The notes: generated by a model not told the origin, from the letters alone. Counted from the stretch's first letter, positions 20,277 to 31,805 are shown. The stretch: DNA of 64,000 nucleotides from Bacillales bacterium (GCA_035700025.1 DASSOY010000048.1:72484-136483); one strand, 5' to 3'. A program made the numbers and translations.

Positions 20277-20510
20277 TTTTCATACCTCCATTCATATGAC
20301 ATACCGAAACGATCATTTTTATTCATTATACCGAAAATGTGAATCCGCTGCAGTTCAAAGCTCAATCGGAGGGTTGCTTTGGAAACGACAATTCATCCGC
20401 ATGCAGGCTGCAATTGAAAGAAGGATTTTCGTGTTTTTCGGCAAACAGTGGCAAAACGCCCAGATCGGCATATAATGTAGCGAAGCACGTGTCAGGAGGG
20501 AGTTTTTGAC

Positions 20511-21743
20511 GTGAAAATCCATGTGGTTCAACAAGGGGATACCTTGTATACGATTGCCAAAAAGTACGGGATCGAGCACGCGAAATTGAAAGATACCAAC
20601 CAGCAATTGACGAATCCGGATGCTTTGCAACCCGGCATGAAAGTCAAAATACCTACGGGCGGCGTCGCTGTAAAGAAACAGAAAACGAAAAAGGAACCGT
20701 CCAAAATGAAGCCGGCCAAGAAAGAGATAAAAAAAATGGGGGAAAAGGCGCCTGAACAAGAAAAAGGGAAAAAAGGGAATGAAAAAGGAACAAAAGGTGC
20801 AGGGAAACCGCAGACGCAATCCGGAAGCGGAAGTACAGGCGGAGACGGAACGATGGGTGGAAGCGGAAGCACGGGAAGCAATGGAAGCGGATCGGGACAA
20901 CAATCGTCCGGTGTACCACAGCCTCATCATACAATCGGTGAATGGTCCGGCACCCGTCCGCAACAAACTTCCGGCAATCAAAACGCGTCAGCAGGTGGTG
21001 GTTCGGGCAGCGGTGCTGCTGAAAGCGAAGAAATGAATGCGGTTCATCCGCAACAAACAGCACCGGGATACGAGGCAGGACAATGGATTTGGCCGGATCC
21101 GCAGCAAGTGTCGCCAACGTATGAGCAGCCGAATGCGAACGTTGCGGCCCCGCAGCAAGTGTCGCCGACGTATGAGCAACCGAACGCGAACATGATGGCC
21201 CCGCAGCAAGTGTCGCCGACATACGAGCAACCGAACGCGAACATGATTGCCCCGCAGCAAGTGTCACCGATGTATGGACAGCCGAACGCAAACATGATGG
21301 CCCCGCAGCAAGTGTCGCCGACGTATGAGCAACCGAACGCGAATATGTTCGCTCCGCAGCAAGTGTCGCCGACATACGAGCAACCGAATGCGAATATGTT
21401 CGCTCCGCAGCAAGTGTCACCAATGTTCGAGCAGCCAAATGCGAACATGATGGCTCCACAGCAAGTGTCGCCGATGTTCGAGCAGCCGAATGCGAACATG
21501 ATGGCCCCGCAGCAAACGTCACCGATGTTTACGCAGTACCCGTATGCACCGCATATGATGGGACCATCGCAAATGTCCGCTTATGCACCGCAACCGATGC
21601 AAGCAATGTGGGGAACGACCGCTCAAGGCTTTCAGCCGTCGTATTGGGAACCAAGTAACGACGGTACGGCATTCGGGATGGCGCCGGCAGGCCGGCCGGG
21701 ACATCACTCGTTTCAAGAACGGAACAGCGAGACGTCCAGTTAA
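20511..21743 (+). CDS. safA: LysM-domain spore coat assembly protein SafA-like
   Basis: GTG 20511 gives (M)KIHVVQQGDTLYTIAKKYGIEHAKLKDTNQQLTNPDALQPGMKVKIP, a LysM domain nearly colinear with the B. subtilis SafA N-terminus. The remainder is low-complexity with K/E-rich, G/S-rich and Q/P-rich tandem repeats. CATATAAT at 20469-20476 resembles a sigma-E -10 box. Confidence 0.75.
   Translation: MKIHVVQQGDTLYTIAKKYGIEHAKLKDTNQQLTNPDALQPGMKVKIPTGGVAVKKQKTKKEPSKMKPAKKEIKKMGEKAPEQEKGKKGNEKGTKGAGKPQTQSGSGSTGGDGTMGGSGSTGSNGSGSGQQSSGVPQPHHTIGEWSGTRPQQTSGNQNASAGGGSGSGAAESEEMNAVHPQQTAPGYEAGQWIWPDPQQVSPTYEQPNANVAAPQQVSPTYEQPNANMMAPQQVSPTYEQPNANMIAPQQVSPMYGQPNANMMAPQQVSPTYEQPNANMFAPQQVSPTYEQPNANMFAPQQVSPMFEQPNANMMAPQQVSPMFEQPNANMMAPQQTSPMFTQYPYAPHMMGPSQMSAYAPQPMQAMWGTTAQGFQPSYWEPSNDGTAFGMAPAGRPGHHSFQERNSETSS
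21099..21536 (+). repeat. 51-nt (17-aa) tandem repeat inside safA, 8 full copies plus 1 partial
   Basis: The unit CCGCAGCAAGTGTCGCC(G/A)ACGTATGAGCA(A/G)CCGAA(C/T)GCGAACATGATGGCC encodes PQQVSP(T/M)(Y/F)(E/G)QPNAN(M/V)(M/I/F/A)A. Copies start at 21099 and recur every 51 nt. Confidence 0.95.
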
Positions 21744-21776
21744 GACGATTTTTCCATAAAATCGTCTTTTTTTTTC
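21742..21776 (+). terminator. intrinsic terminator after safA
   Basis: AAGACGATTTT/AAAATCGTCTT stem followed by a T-run of at least 9. Confidence 0.8.
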
Positions 21777-21837
21777 GGATTCGAAAATTGTGATAAACTT
21801 AATGGCGAAACGGATGACTTGAAAGGAAGTATCGACA

Positions 21838-22587
21838 ATGGAAAAGCAAATTGAACATATCGTTGCTTGGCTGCAGGAACAAGTGAGGACGAGTAAGACG
21901 AAAGGATTGTTGGTCGGTGTGAGCGGCGGAATCGATTCCGCTGTCGTAACCCATTTGATCAAACGCGCTTTTCCGGATCGTTCTCTTGGAGTAATCATGC
22001 CGTGCAAAAGCAATCCAGACGACAAAAAAGATGCGTTAGCTGTAATCGAAAGCGCAGGAATCGAACATGTTGAAGTTGATTTGAGCGAGGCTCATGAAGC
22101 GCTTTTTTTAAAAATCAAGACCGGCCTGCAACATAAAGGCGACTGGAATGAGCAAGCGGCGAAGCTCGGAGACGGGAATTTGCGGGCGCGCCTCAGGATG
22201 AGCACACTGTATGCGATCGCCAACAATTACAATTATCTCGTTGCCGGAACCGATAACGCTGCCGAATGGTATACCGGGTATTTCACGAAATACGGTGACG
22301 GCGGAGTTGATCTTGTACCTATCGTTCAATTTACGAAAGGCGAAGTGTATGAAATGGCGAAAGTTCTTCGGGTACCGCAACAAATTTTGGATAAACAACC
22401 GAGCGCCGGCCTTTGGGAAGGCCAAACAGACGAAAACGAAATGGGTACCACCTATCGCCGGATCGATGCATATTTGCGCGGCGAAACCATACCAGAGAAG
22501 GACCGTGTTATCATTGAGGAAATGCACAAGAAGAGCGAACATAAACGGCGCTTAGCATCCGCGCCTCCTTCGATTGAGACGCACTGA
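21838..22587 (+). CDS. nadE: ammonia-dependent NAD+ synthetase
   Basis: 249 aa with the GVSGGIDSAV PP-loop, plus NLRARLRM and YFTKYGDGG motifs. Confidence 0.9.
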   Translation: MEKQIEHIVAWLQEQVRTSKTKGLLVGVSGGIDSAVVTHLIKRAFPDRSLGVIMPCKSNPDDKKDALAVIESAGIEHVEVDLSEAHEALFLKIKTGLQHKGDWNEQAAKLGDGNLRARLRMSTLYAIANNYNYLVAGTDNAAEWYTGYFTKYGDGGVDLVPIVQFTKGEVYEMAKVLRVPQQILDKQPSAGLWEGQTDENEMGTTYRRIDAYLRGETIPEKDRVIIEEMHKKSEHKRRLASAPPSIETH

Positions 22588-22655
22588 TTACCTATAACTA
22601 ACATGGGTAAGAACGACCTCCTTTCGCCACCATAAGAGTGAAAGGAGGTTTCTCA

Positions 22656-23303
22656 ATGAAAAGTACAGTACTTTCATTATCGGCTGCTTTACTGCTAAGC
22701 GGAACACTTGTCGGATGCGGCGCCAACAACAATGCCGGAAACGATAATGGTGCAGTTGGAAACAACGACAATGGCACCGCTCGTCCGATCGGATATTATT
22801 CCGGGCAAAACAATAATAACAACAACGCTGATCGGTTCGGTTACAACAATCGCCTGAATAACGATAGAGACAACGACCTCGGTCTTGGCAACGGCGTGAT
22901 GAATAACGACGATCGTAACGACGATAACGGACCGAACGCAATGGGGAGAAATACCGTTTATTCCAGACAAGCCCAAGCCATCGCGAATCGGGTTTCGACG
23001 TTGAAAAATGTTCAAAACACGAGCGTTATCGTTACGAGAAACGACGTGATCGTCGGCATTAAAACCCATGATCATGGGGTAACCCGCAACATGAAAAGCA
23101 ATGTTCGCCGAACCGTTCAAAATGTTGTTCAAGGGAAAAACATTCATGTGACGACGAACCGGAAAATGTATAACCGCATTCAGAACGTCAACAACAATTT
23201 GCAAGACGGAGACGGCATGAATGAAGTCAGTTCCGACATTCGCGGCATCATTGATGATATTGCCAACGCTGCCAAACGTCCTTTCCAAAACAACAATCGA
23301 TAG
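22656..23303 (+). CDS. YhcN/YlaJ-family sporulation lipoprotein (CoxA-like)
   Basis: ATG 22656 follows AAAGGAGG. It has a lipobox LLLSGTLVGC, an N/D/G-rich linker and a C-terminal YhcN/YlaJ-like region (VQNTSVIVTRNDVIVGIKT...NIHVTTNRKMYNRI). It occupies the coxA position near safA. Confidence 0.7.
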   Translation: MKSTVLSLSAALLLSGTLVGCGANNNAGNDNGAVGNNDNGTARPIGYYSGQNNNNNNADRFGYNNRLNNDRDNDLGLGNGVMNNDDRNDDNGPNAMGRNTVYSRQAQAIANRVSTLKNVQNTSVIVTRNDVIVGIKTHDHGVTRNMKSNVRRTVQNVVQGKNIHVTTNRKMYNRIQNVNNNLQDGDGMNEVSSDIRGIIDDIANAAKRPFQNNNR

Positions 23304-23316
23304 ATAATTGAGTCTT

Positions 23317-23349
23317 CAGGGACGGGCATTGATGCCTGTCCCTGTTTTT
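23317..23349 (+). terminator. intrinsic terminator
   Basis: CAGGGACGGGCA/TGCCTGTCCCTG stem with a TTGA loop, followed by TTTTT. Confidence 0.8.
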
Positions 23350-23412
23350 GACGCTGCCGCACGCGGGTGCTATTATAAAAACGATGATTTTTAAGGCGGG
23401 AGGAGATTGGTT

Positions 23413-24150
23413 ATGGCCGGACATTCCAAATGGAAAAACATTCAACATAGAAAAAATGCGCAAGACGCTAAGCGCGGAAAACTTTTTATGAAATTGTCGA
23501 AAGAATTGTACGTCAACGCCAAGCAAGGCGGCGGTGATCCAGACACGAACCCGAACCTGCGGCTCGCGATTGAAAAGGCACGGCAAGCGAACATGCCGAA
23601 TGACAATATAGAGCGCGCCATTAAAAAAGCGACCGGAGACCTCGAAGGCGTACACTACGAGGAAATTACTTATGAAGGATACGGACCGGGCGGGGCTGCT
23701 GTCATGGTCGAAGTGCTGACCGATAATAAAAACCGTTCGGCGGCCGAAATTCGTCACTTGTTCTCGAAGCATGACGGGAATTTAGGCGAAAGCGGCTGTG
23801 TTGCATTCATGTTCCAAAGGAAGGGCCTGATTGCGATTGAGCGAAACGACGAAAGCAAAGATGATGACATCATGCTTGAAGCCATTGAAGCGGGAGCAGA
23901 GGACGTGAAAACGGAAGAAGGTGCATATGAAATTTATACGACACCGGAAGAATTTACGGACGTCCGAGATCAACTTTCCGAATCGTATGATTTTCTGTCC
24001 GCTGAAGTAACAATGATTCCCGAAACGACAACGAAACTGGATGGCGCCGAAGCCCAACAAGCGTTGAAACTAATTGACGCGCTTGAAGATCAAGACGACG
24101 TGCAAGAAGTTTATCATAATCTAGACGTCGATTCCGATTGGCTTCAATGA
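23413..24150 (+). CDS. YebC/PmpR family DNA-binding transcriptional regulator
   Basis: ATG 23413 lies 7 nt after GGGAGGAG and gives [14 protein letters not shown], the family-defining N-terminus. Confidence 0.9.
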   Translation: MAGHSKWKNIQHRKNAQDAKRGKLFMKLSKELYVNAKQGGGDPDTNPNLRLAIEKARQANMPNDNIERAIKKATGDLEGVHYEEITYEGYGPGGAAVMVEVLTDNKNRSAAEIRHLFSKHDGNLGESGCVAFMFQRKGLIAIERNDESKDDDIMLEAIEAGAEDVKTEEGAYEIYTTPEEFTDVRDQLSESYDFLSAEVTMIPETTTKLDGAEAQQALKLIDALEDQDDVQEVYHNLDVDSDWLQ

Positions 24151-24214
24151 AGGATAAAAGCTTTTTTTTTCGGATATACTGAGAAAAAAGCTTTTCTTAT
24201 CGGAGCGTGATTGT

Positions 24215-24745
24215 ATGAGACGTTTAGCTTCAATGGTTCTCATGTTTCTCATTTGTTTCGGATCAACTGCGGGATTTTTACAGATCCACGCGAAGGCAAA
24301 GCAAAGTTCCGTCCGTTTCTATGAACATCAAACGGATGCACCAAAGACGGTCAACGTTTACTTGAAACGGATTTATGTGGATGGCAGGAAGACTTTGAAC
24401 GTAAAACCGGTTACGATTTGGTCGATGGAGGATTTCTGGGCGCGCTTCGCTGACTGGGAATTGGTCGATCAAAGCGCACATGTCATTCGGTTCCAAAAGC
24501 ATGTCAACGATATTTCGCCGATGTTGAAAGCGGACGGCTATTTCGGATTGTCCCCGGAAAATCTGTTGCAAATTTATAAAGGAACACCTTCGGGCAATGA
24601 AGCGATTCATTCGTTTTTTCACATTGATGTCGACGAGCTTGAGAGTGGACTTCGCCAACAATTGAAACGAGGCATTCCGATCAAATCAAAGGACCGTTAT
24701 GAACAAGTGCTGCAATGTTTGGAAAAATACGCCCAGAAACAATGA
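24215..24745 (+). CDS. bofC: forespore checkpoint protein BofC-like
   Basis: 176 aa with a signal peptide, then a two-domain protein of BofC size located directly upstream of ruvA as in B. subtilis. The assignment rests on position and overall similarity as I recall it. Confidence 0.65.
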   Translation: MRRLASMVLMFLICFGSTAGFLQIHAKAKQSSVRFYEHQTDAPKTVNVYLKRIYVDGRKTLNVKPVTIWSMEDFWARFADWELVDQSAHVIRFQKHVNDISPMLKADGYFGLSPENLLQIYKGTPSGNEAIHSFFHIDVDELESGLRQQLKRGIPIKSKDRYEQVLQCLEKYAQKQ

Positions 24746-24839
24746 GCCCCGTGGACAAACGGCGATGGCAGCCGGTTGTCCACTTTTTGGTGGTCCTATG
24801 ATAAAATGAATGGAAGTGCGACATAGGGGAGAGAGTCGG

Positions 24840-25439
24840 TTGATTGCTTATTTGTATGGTAAAATCGTTGAAGTGCAAGTGGACGCGATCATCATCGACG
24901 TCAACGGTATCGGATATTTGGTTTATTGCCCGGATGCGATGCGTTTTGAGCGCAAGAAAAACGAATGGGTAAAAGTATTTACTTATCATTACGTGAGAGA
25001 AGACATCATCTCGCTTTACGGATTCACGACAGAACAAGAAAGAGCATTGTTCGTTCATCTGTTAGCCGTTTCCGGCATCGGACCGAAAGGGGCGCTCGGC
25101 ATTCTCGCCGCTTGCCGGCCTGCAGATGTGGCGGCCGCCGTTGAACGGGAAGATGAGAAATACTTAACCAAGTTTCCAGGTGTCGGCAAGAAAACGGCCA
25201 GGCAAATGATTCTCGATTTAAAAGGGAAATTGTCTGAGCTCGGGCTGTTGCCTGCAGGTGGAGGCGATGAACTTGCACAGGCACCTCGATCGACGGCTTT
25301 GAATGAAGCGGTTGAAGCATTGGAGTCGCTCGGATATGGGGACAAGGAAATTCAAAAAGTGATTCGGCAAATCACAGGGGAAAACTTGAGTGCCAACGAA
25401 TATGTCAAACAAGCGTTACGGTTGATCGCAGCACAATAG
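24840..25439 (+). CDS. ruvA: Holliday junction DNA helicase RuvA
   Basis: TTG 24840 follows AGGGGAGAGAG and gives (M)IAYLYGKIVEV, with HhH motifs (VSGIGPKGAL, FPGVGKKTARQM). Confidence 0.93.
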   Translation: MIAYLYGKIVEVQVDAIIIDVNGIGYLVYCPDAMRFERKKNEWVKVFTYHYVREDIISLYGFTTEQERALFVHLLAVSGIGPKGALGILAACRPADVAAAVEREDEKYLTKFPGVGKKTARQMILDLKGKLSELGLLPAGGGDELAQAPRSTALNEAVEALESLGYGDKEIQKVIRQITGENLSANEYVKQALRLIAAQ

Positions 25440-25454
25440 GAAGGAGGGGATGTA

Positions 25455-26462
25455 ATGGAGGAGCGTATCGTTTCTGCGGAAGCAACGGATGAAGATGTGT
25501 CTGTTGAAGGCCGTCTGCGTCCGCAGTCATTGGCGCAATACATTGGGCAGGAGCAAGTGAAAGCGAATTTGAAAGTGTTCATTGAAGCGGCGAAGTTAAG
25601 GAATGAGCCGCTCGACCATGTGCTCTTGTACGGACCTCCGGGGCTTGGGAAAACGACGTTGTCAATGATCATCGCCAACGAGATGGGTGTTCAACTGCGC
25701 ACCACCTCCGGACCGGCGATCGAAAGACCAGGTGATTTGGCGGCGATTTTGACCGCACTAGAACCAGGAGACGTGCTTTTTATTGACGAAATTCATCGTC
25801 TTCATCGCAATGTAGAGGAAGTGCTTTATCCAGCGATGGAAGATTTTTGTTTGGACATCGTCGTTGGTAAAGGCGAAACGGCGCATTCGATTCGCCTTGA
25901 TTTGCCTCCGTTTACGCTCGTCGGAGCGACGACGCGAGCCGGCTATTTGTCGCCTCCGCTGCGTGACCGATTCGGTGTCATCAATCGGCTCGAGTATTAT
26001 ACGGAAGCTGAACTGAAGCACATTATTACGAGAACAGCAGGCGTCTTGAATGTGCCGATTGAACCGGTCGCCGCAGGCGAGCTGTCGAGCCGTTCGCGCG
26101 GGACACCGCGGGTTGCGAATCGATTATTGAAGCGGGTTCGTGATTTTGCGCAAGTGGATGGGGACGGTTCAATTACGGCGGAGATTGCCGCGCGAGCGCT
26201 TGAACGACTGCAAGTGGACCGTTTAGGATTGGATGAAATTGACCATAAATTGTTAAAGACCATCATTCATAAATTTCGCGGCGGTCCCGTTGGGCTCGAT
26301 ACGCTGGCGGCGGCGATCGGCGAGGAATCGCATACGATCGAAGACGTGTACGAGCCGTATTTGTTGCAAATCGGCTTTTTGCAACGTACACCCAGGGGGA
26401 GAGCGGTAACGGCCGCGGTGTACGATCATTTTCATTTGGAGGTGCCGGATTTTCTTGGGTGA
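25455..26462 (+). CDS. ruvB: Holliday junction DNA helicase RuvB
   Basis: 335 aa with Walker [10 protein letters not shown], Walker B FIDEIHR and an arginine-finger region. Confidence 0.97.
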   Translation: MEERIVSAEATDEDVSVEGRLRPQSLAQYIGQEQVKANLKVFIEAAKLRNEPLDHVLLYGPPGLGKTTLSMIIANEMGVQLRTTSGPAIERPGDLAAILTALEPGDVLFIDEIHRLHRNVEEVLYPAMEDFCLDIVVGKGETAHSIRLDLPPFTLVGATTRAGYLSPPLRDRFGVINRLEYYTEAELKHIITRTAGVLNVPIEPVAAGELSSRSRGTPRVANRLLKRVRDFAQVDGDGSITAEIAARALERLQVDRLGLDEIDHKLLKTIIHKFRGGPVGLDTLAAAIGEESHTIEDVYEPYLLQIGFLQRTPRGRAVTAAVYDHFHLEVPDFLG

Positions 26463-26655
26463 CATCGGTAAATTTATGATTGGCGCGGGCATCGTGCTTG
26501 TCGTTATCGGATTCGTATGGCAACTAATCGGCAAACTTCCCGGTGACATCGTTATCAAACGGGGGAATTTCACTTTTTATTTTCCTATCGTCACCAGCAT
26601 TGTCATTAGTATTGTTTTGTCATTGATTTTTTATATTTTCGGTAAGTTTCGTTAA
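26455..26655 (+). CDS. DUF2905-family small membrane protein
   Basis: 66 aa with two TM helices and the [19 protein letters not shown] motif. The start is uncertain (TTG 26455 or ATG 26476). Confidence 0.6.
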   Translation: MGDIGKFMIGAGIVLVVIGFVWQLIGKLPGDIVIKRGNFTFYFPIVTSIVISIVLSLIFYIFGKFR

Positions 26656-26669
26656 GGGTGAGGACAACA

Positions 26670-28852
<2,183 letters not shown>

Positions 28853-28877
28853 CACGAGGGAAAGGGGGTACATACTA

Positions 28878-29156
28878 ATGGGCAATTCACTTCTTACGAC
28901 AGTAGGGCCGCTGATTTTGTTCTTCGCGATCTTTTATTTTCTTGCCATTCGTCCGCAACAAAAGAGGCAAAAACAAACGCGGGAAATGCAGGCGGCTTTG
29001 AAAAAAGGAGATAAGATCGTTACAATCGGAGGTTTTCACGGTACAGTGGACGCGATTGACGAAGACCGCATCGTCATTCGTTCGAACGACGGCAGCAAGC
29101 TGACGTTCGATCGTCAAGCGGTAAGAGAAATTACGGAATCAAAAGAAAAAGAGTAA
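28878..29156 (+). CDS. yajC: preprotein translocase subunit YajC
   Basis: ATG 28878 follows GGGAAAGGGGG. It has a single TM, then RPQQKRQKQ...LKKGDKIVTIGGFHG. Confidence 0.9.
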   Translation: MGNSLLTTVGPLILFFAIFYFLAIRPQQKRQKQTREMQAALKKGDKIVTIGGFHGTVDAIDEDRIVIRSNDGSKLTFDRQAVREITESKEKE

Positions 29157-29199
29157 AGAAAAAAAGAGCCCGCGCTCAACGCCGGGCTCTTTATTTTTT
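29157..29199. terminator. bidirectional intrinsic terminator (yajC / convergent membrane protein)
   Basis: AGAGCCCG/CGGGCTCT stem flanked by an A-run upstream and a T-run downstream. Confidence 0.75.
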
Positions 29200-29574
29200 C
29201 GCGTGTGACGAGGAAAGGTTGACGCCGATCACGCCGCCAAGCGCCGAAACTAAAACATACATGAGGAAGTACAACAATTGCTGAGGAGTGAAGCTCGTTT
29301 CAAATCCTAAAAATTGAATGAGGGAAAGCAGGATCGTGTACAGAAAACCTGCGCCGGCCCCAATGAACCATCCCCGTTCGCCAGCTTTCCTTCCCGCCAT
29401 AATTCCGCCTGCCAACAAAGCCAATAAAGAAATTACGATCGTCGCCGTGGCAAATGATGCTTCGCTTAAGTTTGTAAACTGAAGCAATAGTGATATGACA
29501 AAGCTTGCTAAAACAATAACGACGACGACCATGCCGAGTCCAAGAAACATGCCGGTCATTTTTCCGTCTCTCAT
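29191..29574 (-). CDS. small polytopic membrane protein (YrzE/TIGR04086-like)
   Basis: 127 aa with 4 hydrophobic helices and a glycine-rich AGRKAGERGWFIGAGAGF segment. Confidence 0.65.
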   Translation of the reverse strand: MRDGKMTGMFLGLGMVVVVIVLASFVISLLLQFTNLSEASFATATIVISLLALLAGGIMAGRKAGERGWFIGAGAGFLYTILLSLIQFLGFETSFTPQQLLYFLMYVLVSALGGVIGVNLSSSHAKK

Positions 29575-29668
29575 TTGTCATTCCTCCCGTCTGTTGTCCT
29601 AGTACAACTTATTCATCAAGCCGGACATTTAGAATCATTTTGCGTCTTCAAGCGAGGTGGTTTTACAC

Positions 29669-29719
29669 ATGAATTCAACATGTTCTCCTTTGTCCGTTCA
29701 TACGATGTACAAACCATGA
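29669..29719 (+). promoter_or_regulatory. candidate 16-codon upstream ORF translationally coupled to the transporter
   Basis: GAGGTGG (29654-29660) lies 8 nt before ATG 29669. The peptide is MNSTCSPLSVHTMYKP, and its TGA (29717-29719) overlaps the transporter ATG 29716 (ATGA). Confidence 0.3.
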
Positions 29720-31035
29720 CAGCGAACGAGAAGGAGACGGAACCGTTGGCTACTATCGTTGCTTTGTCTATTTTCTTGATTTCCTACACGGCGATCATTA
29801 CCGAAAAAATGAATCGCGCTTTTGCGGCTTGCGTCGGCGGTCTGCTCATGACGCTGACAGGTATCGTCGATGTCGATGACATGTTGTTTCGGTACATCGA
29901 CTGGGAAACGATCGTATTATTGTTTTCGATGATGGTCATCGTTTCCATCACGAGCGCCAACGGTGTCTTCGAGTTTGCGGCGGTAGTTCTTGCCCAAAAG
30001 GTGTTGGGAAAGCCGCTGCCCTTGCTTTTCATGTTTGCTTCTTTGACGGCGCTCGGATCCGCGTTTCTTGATAATGTGACGACGGTGCTTCTTCTCGTCC
30101 CGATTGTTTTAACGATTACGGACATCCTCGCCCTCCCGGCAGTTCCTTATTTAACGGCGATCATCGTTTTTTCCAATATTGGCGGGACCGCCACGCTCAT
30201 CGGCGACCCGCCGAACATTATGATCGGTCAAAAAGTCGAGCACCTCGGGTTCAACGATTTTCTCGTCAACTTGGCTCCTGTCGTCATCCTCATATACGCC
30301 ATTGTAATTGTTTTGTTTTTATTGATCTACCGCCGTTCGTTAAAAACATCCAAAACGAACCGTTTGCGCCTAATGAACGTTGATCCTGCATCGTATTTGC
30401 GCAAAGGCCCCGCTTTAATGCGGTCGGTGACCGTATTGTTGTTGACGATTTGCGGGTTTCTTTTCCATCCGTTTTTTCATGTTGAATTGGTCACCGTGGC
30501 CATGGCCGGCGCGTTGTTGCTTGTCTTGCTTACATACGGACGGATGAACTTGGAATCCGTTTTTCGTTCCGTGGAGTGGATGACGCTTTTGTTCTTCGCG
30601 GGGTTGTTCATGTTGGTCGGAGGTTTGCAGGAAGCGGGTGTGATCGATGAGATGGCGAAAAGCATTTTATTTTATACGGAAGGAGACATTCAAAAAACCG
30701 CTCTTTTTATTTTATGGGGATCGGGACTGATTTCCGGTTTCGTCGACAACATTCCTTTTGTGGCTGCAATGATTCCGGTCATTCTCGAGTTTCGTGATTA
30801 CGGCATGATGAATGTGGATCCGCTCTGGTGGGCCCTTTCTCTCGGATCATGTCTCGGCGGCAACGCCACGCTCATCGGTGCCTCGGCAAATGTCATCGTC
30901 GCCGGATTGGCAAGCAAACATCGGCAACCGCTGCCATTTTTCCAATTTATGAAAACGGGTTTGCTCGTTGTGTTGTTATCGTTAGTCATATCAAGCATTT
31001 ACTTGTATTTTCGTTATCTGGTCGATTTTCATTGA
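29716..31035 (+). CDS. ArsB/NhaD-superfamily (citrate-transporter-like) permease
   Basis: About 439 aa from ATG 29716, with more than 10 TM helices and motifs such as GSAFLDNVTTVLL and GGNATLIGASANV typical of the ArsB/NhaD ion-transporter superfamily. The ORF-track start at 29575 has no SD. Confidence 0.8.
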   Translation: MTANEKETEPLATIVALSIFLISYTAIITEKMNRAFAACVGGLLMTLTGIVDVDDMLFRYIDWETIVLLFSMMVIVSITSANGVFEFAAVVLAQKVLGKPLPLLFMFASLTALGSAFLDNVTTVLLLVPIVLTITDILALPAVPYLTAIIVFSNIGGTATLIGDPPNIMIGQKVEHLGFNDFLVNLAPVVILIYAIVIVLFLLIYRRSLKTSKTNRLRLMNVDPASYLRKGPALMRSVTVLLLTICGFLFHPFFHVELVTVAMAGALLLVLLTYGRMNLESVFRSVEWMTLLFFAGLFMLVGGLQEAGVIDEMAKSILFYTEGDIQKTALFILWGSGLISGFVDNIPFVAAMIPVILEFRDYGMMNVDPLWWALSLGSCLGGNATLIGASANVIVAGLASKHRQPLPFFQFMKTGLLVVLLSLVISSIYLYFRYLVDFH

Positions 31036-31116
31036 GCGCATTTCCATATCCTGCGTAACATGAACTCCCTATCGAGCGGTCACACTAAGGTAAGCGGATC
31101 GAAGGGAGGTTTTTTT

Positions 31117-31797
31117 GTGGACGGCATTTGGACCGTTGTCTTGCGCATCGTTTTCTTGTATTTTTTATTGTTGATCGTGTTTCGCGTCATGGGAAAACGT
31201 GAGATCGGGCAGCTGAGTATATTGGATTTCGTCATCTTGATCATGATTGGTGAACTCGCCGTTTTTTCCATCGAAGATCCGAAGACGCCCATGTTGCGAT
31301 CCATCCTCTCGATCGGCGTTCTCGGCGCTTTGCAAGTCGCGCTGTCCTATCTGTCGTTGAAAAACCAAAAAATCCGCCGCTATACGGACGGAACCCCGAC
31401 AACGATCATCGACAAAGGAAAAATCGACGAGGAAGAAATGCGAAGGCAACGCTACAATTTCAATGATTTGCTCGTACAGTTGAGGGAGAACAAAGTCCGC
31501 GACATCTCGGATGTCGAATTCGCGGTGCTTGAGCCGACGGGAAAGCTTTCCGTATATCAATACAAAGATACGAAAACCGACGACGGCTTGCCTTCGCCTG
31601 AGCAAGACGTCGACTTGCCGATGCCGCTCATTTTGGACGGAGAAGTGCAGGAGCAAAATCTGCAAAGATTGCGAAAAACGCCTTTATGGCTCCGCCAGCA
31701 ATTGCGAGATCTAGGCTATAAAGACGTGAAGGCGATTTCGTATTGCTCAATGCAGCGGGACGGATCTTTGTTCATCGACATGAAGGACGAAAAGTGA
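31117..31797 (+). CDS. DUF421 (YetF-like) membrane protein
   Basis: GTG 31117 follows GAAGGGAGG. The N-terminal TM pair carries RVMGKREIGQLSILDFV, the DUF421 signature. Confidence 0.8.
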   Translation: MDGIWTVVLRIVFLYFLLLIVFRVMGKREIGQLSILDFVILIMIGELAVFSIEDPKTPMLRSILSIGVLGALQVALSYLSLKNQKIRRYTDGTPTTIIDKGKIDEEEMRRQRYNFNDLLVQLRENKVRDISDVEFAVLEPTGKLSVYQYKDTKTDDGLPSPEQDVDLPMPLILDGEVQEQNLQRLRKTPLWLRQQLRDLGYKDVKAISYCSMQRDGSLFIDMKDEK

Positions 31798-31805
31798 CCG
31801 GTCCG

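Noticed and set aside
20653-21522. 289-aa and 151-aa minus-strand ORFs with highly repetitive translations (…ATLAAGPSCS…, …MFAFGCSY…)
   Set aside because: They are antisense shadows of the safA 51-nt tandem repeats. Periodicity keeps the reverse frames open, the sense strand has the LysM domain, SD and terminator, and there is no independent start signal.
24151-24214. Two copies of the palindrome AAAAGCTTTT (about 24157 and about 24186) between the yebC-like gene and bofC
   Set aside because: They could pair into a long A/T stem, but stability would be very low and there is no clear U-tract context. This is not enough to call a terminator or operator.
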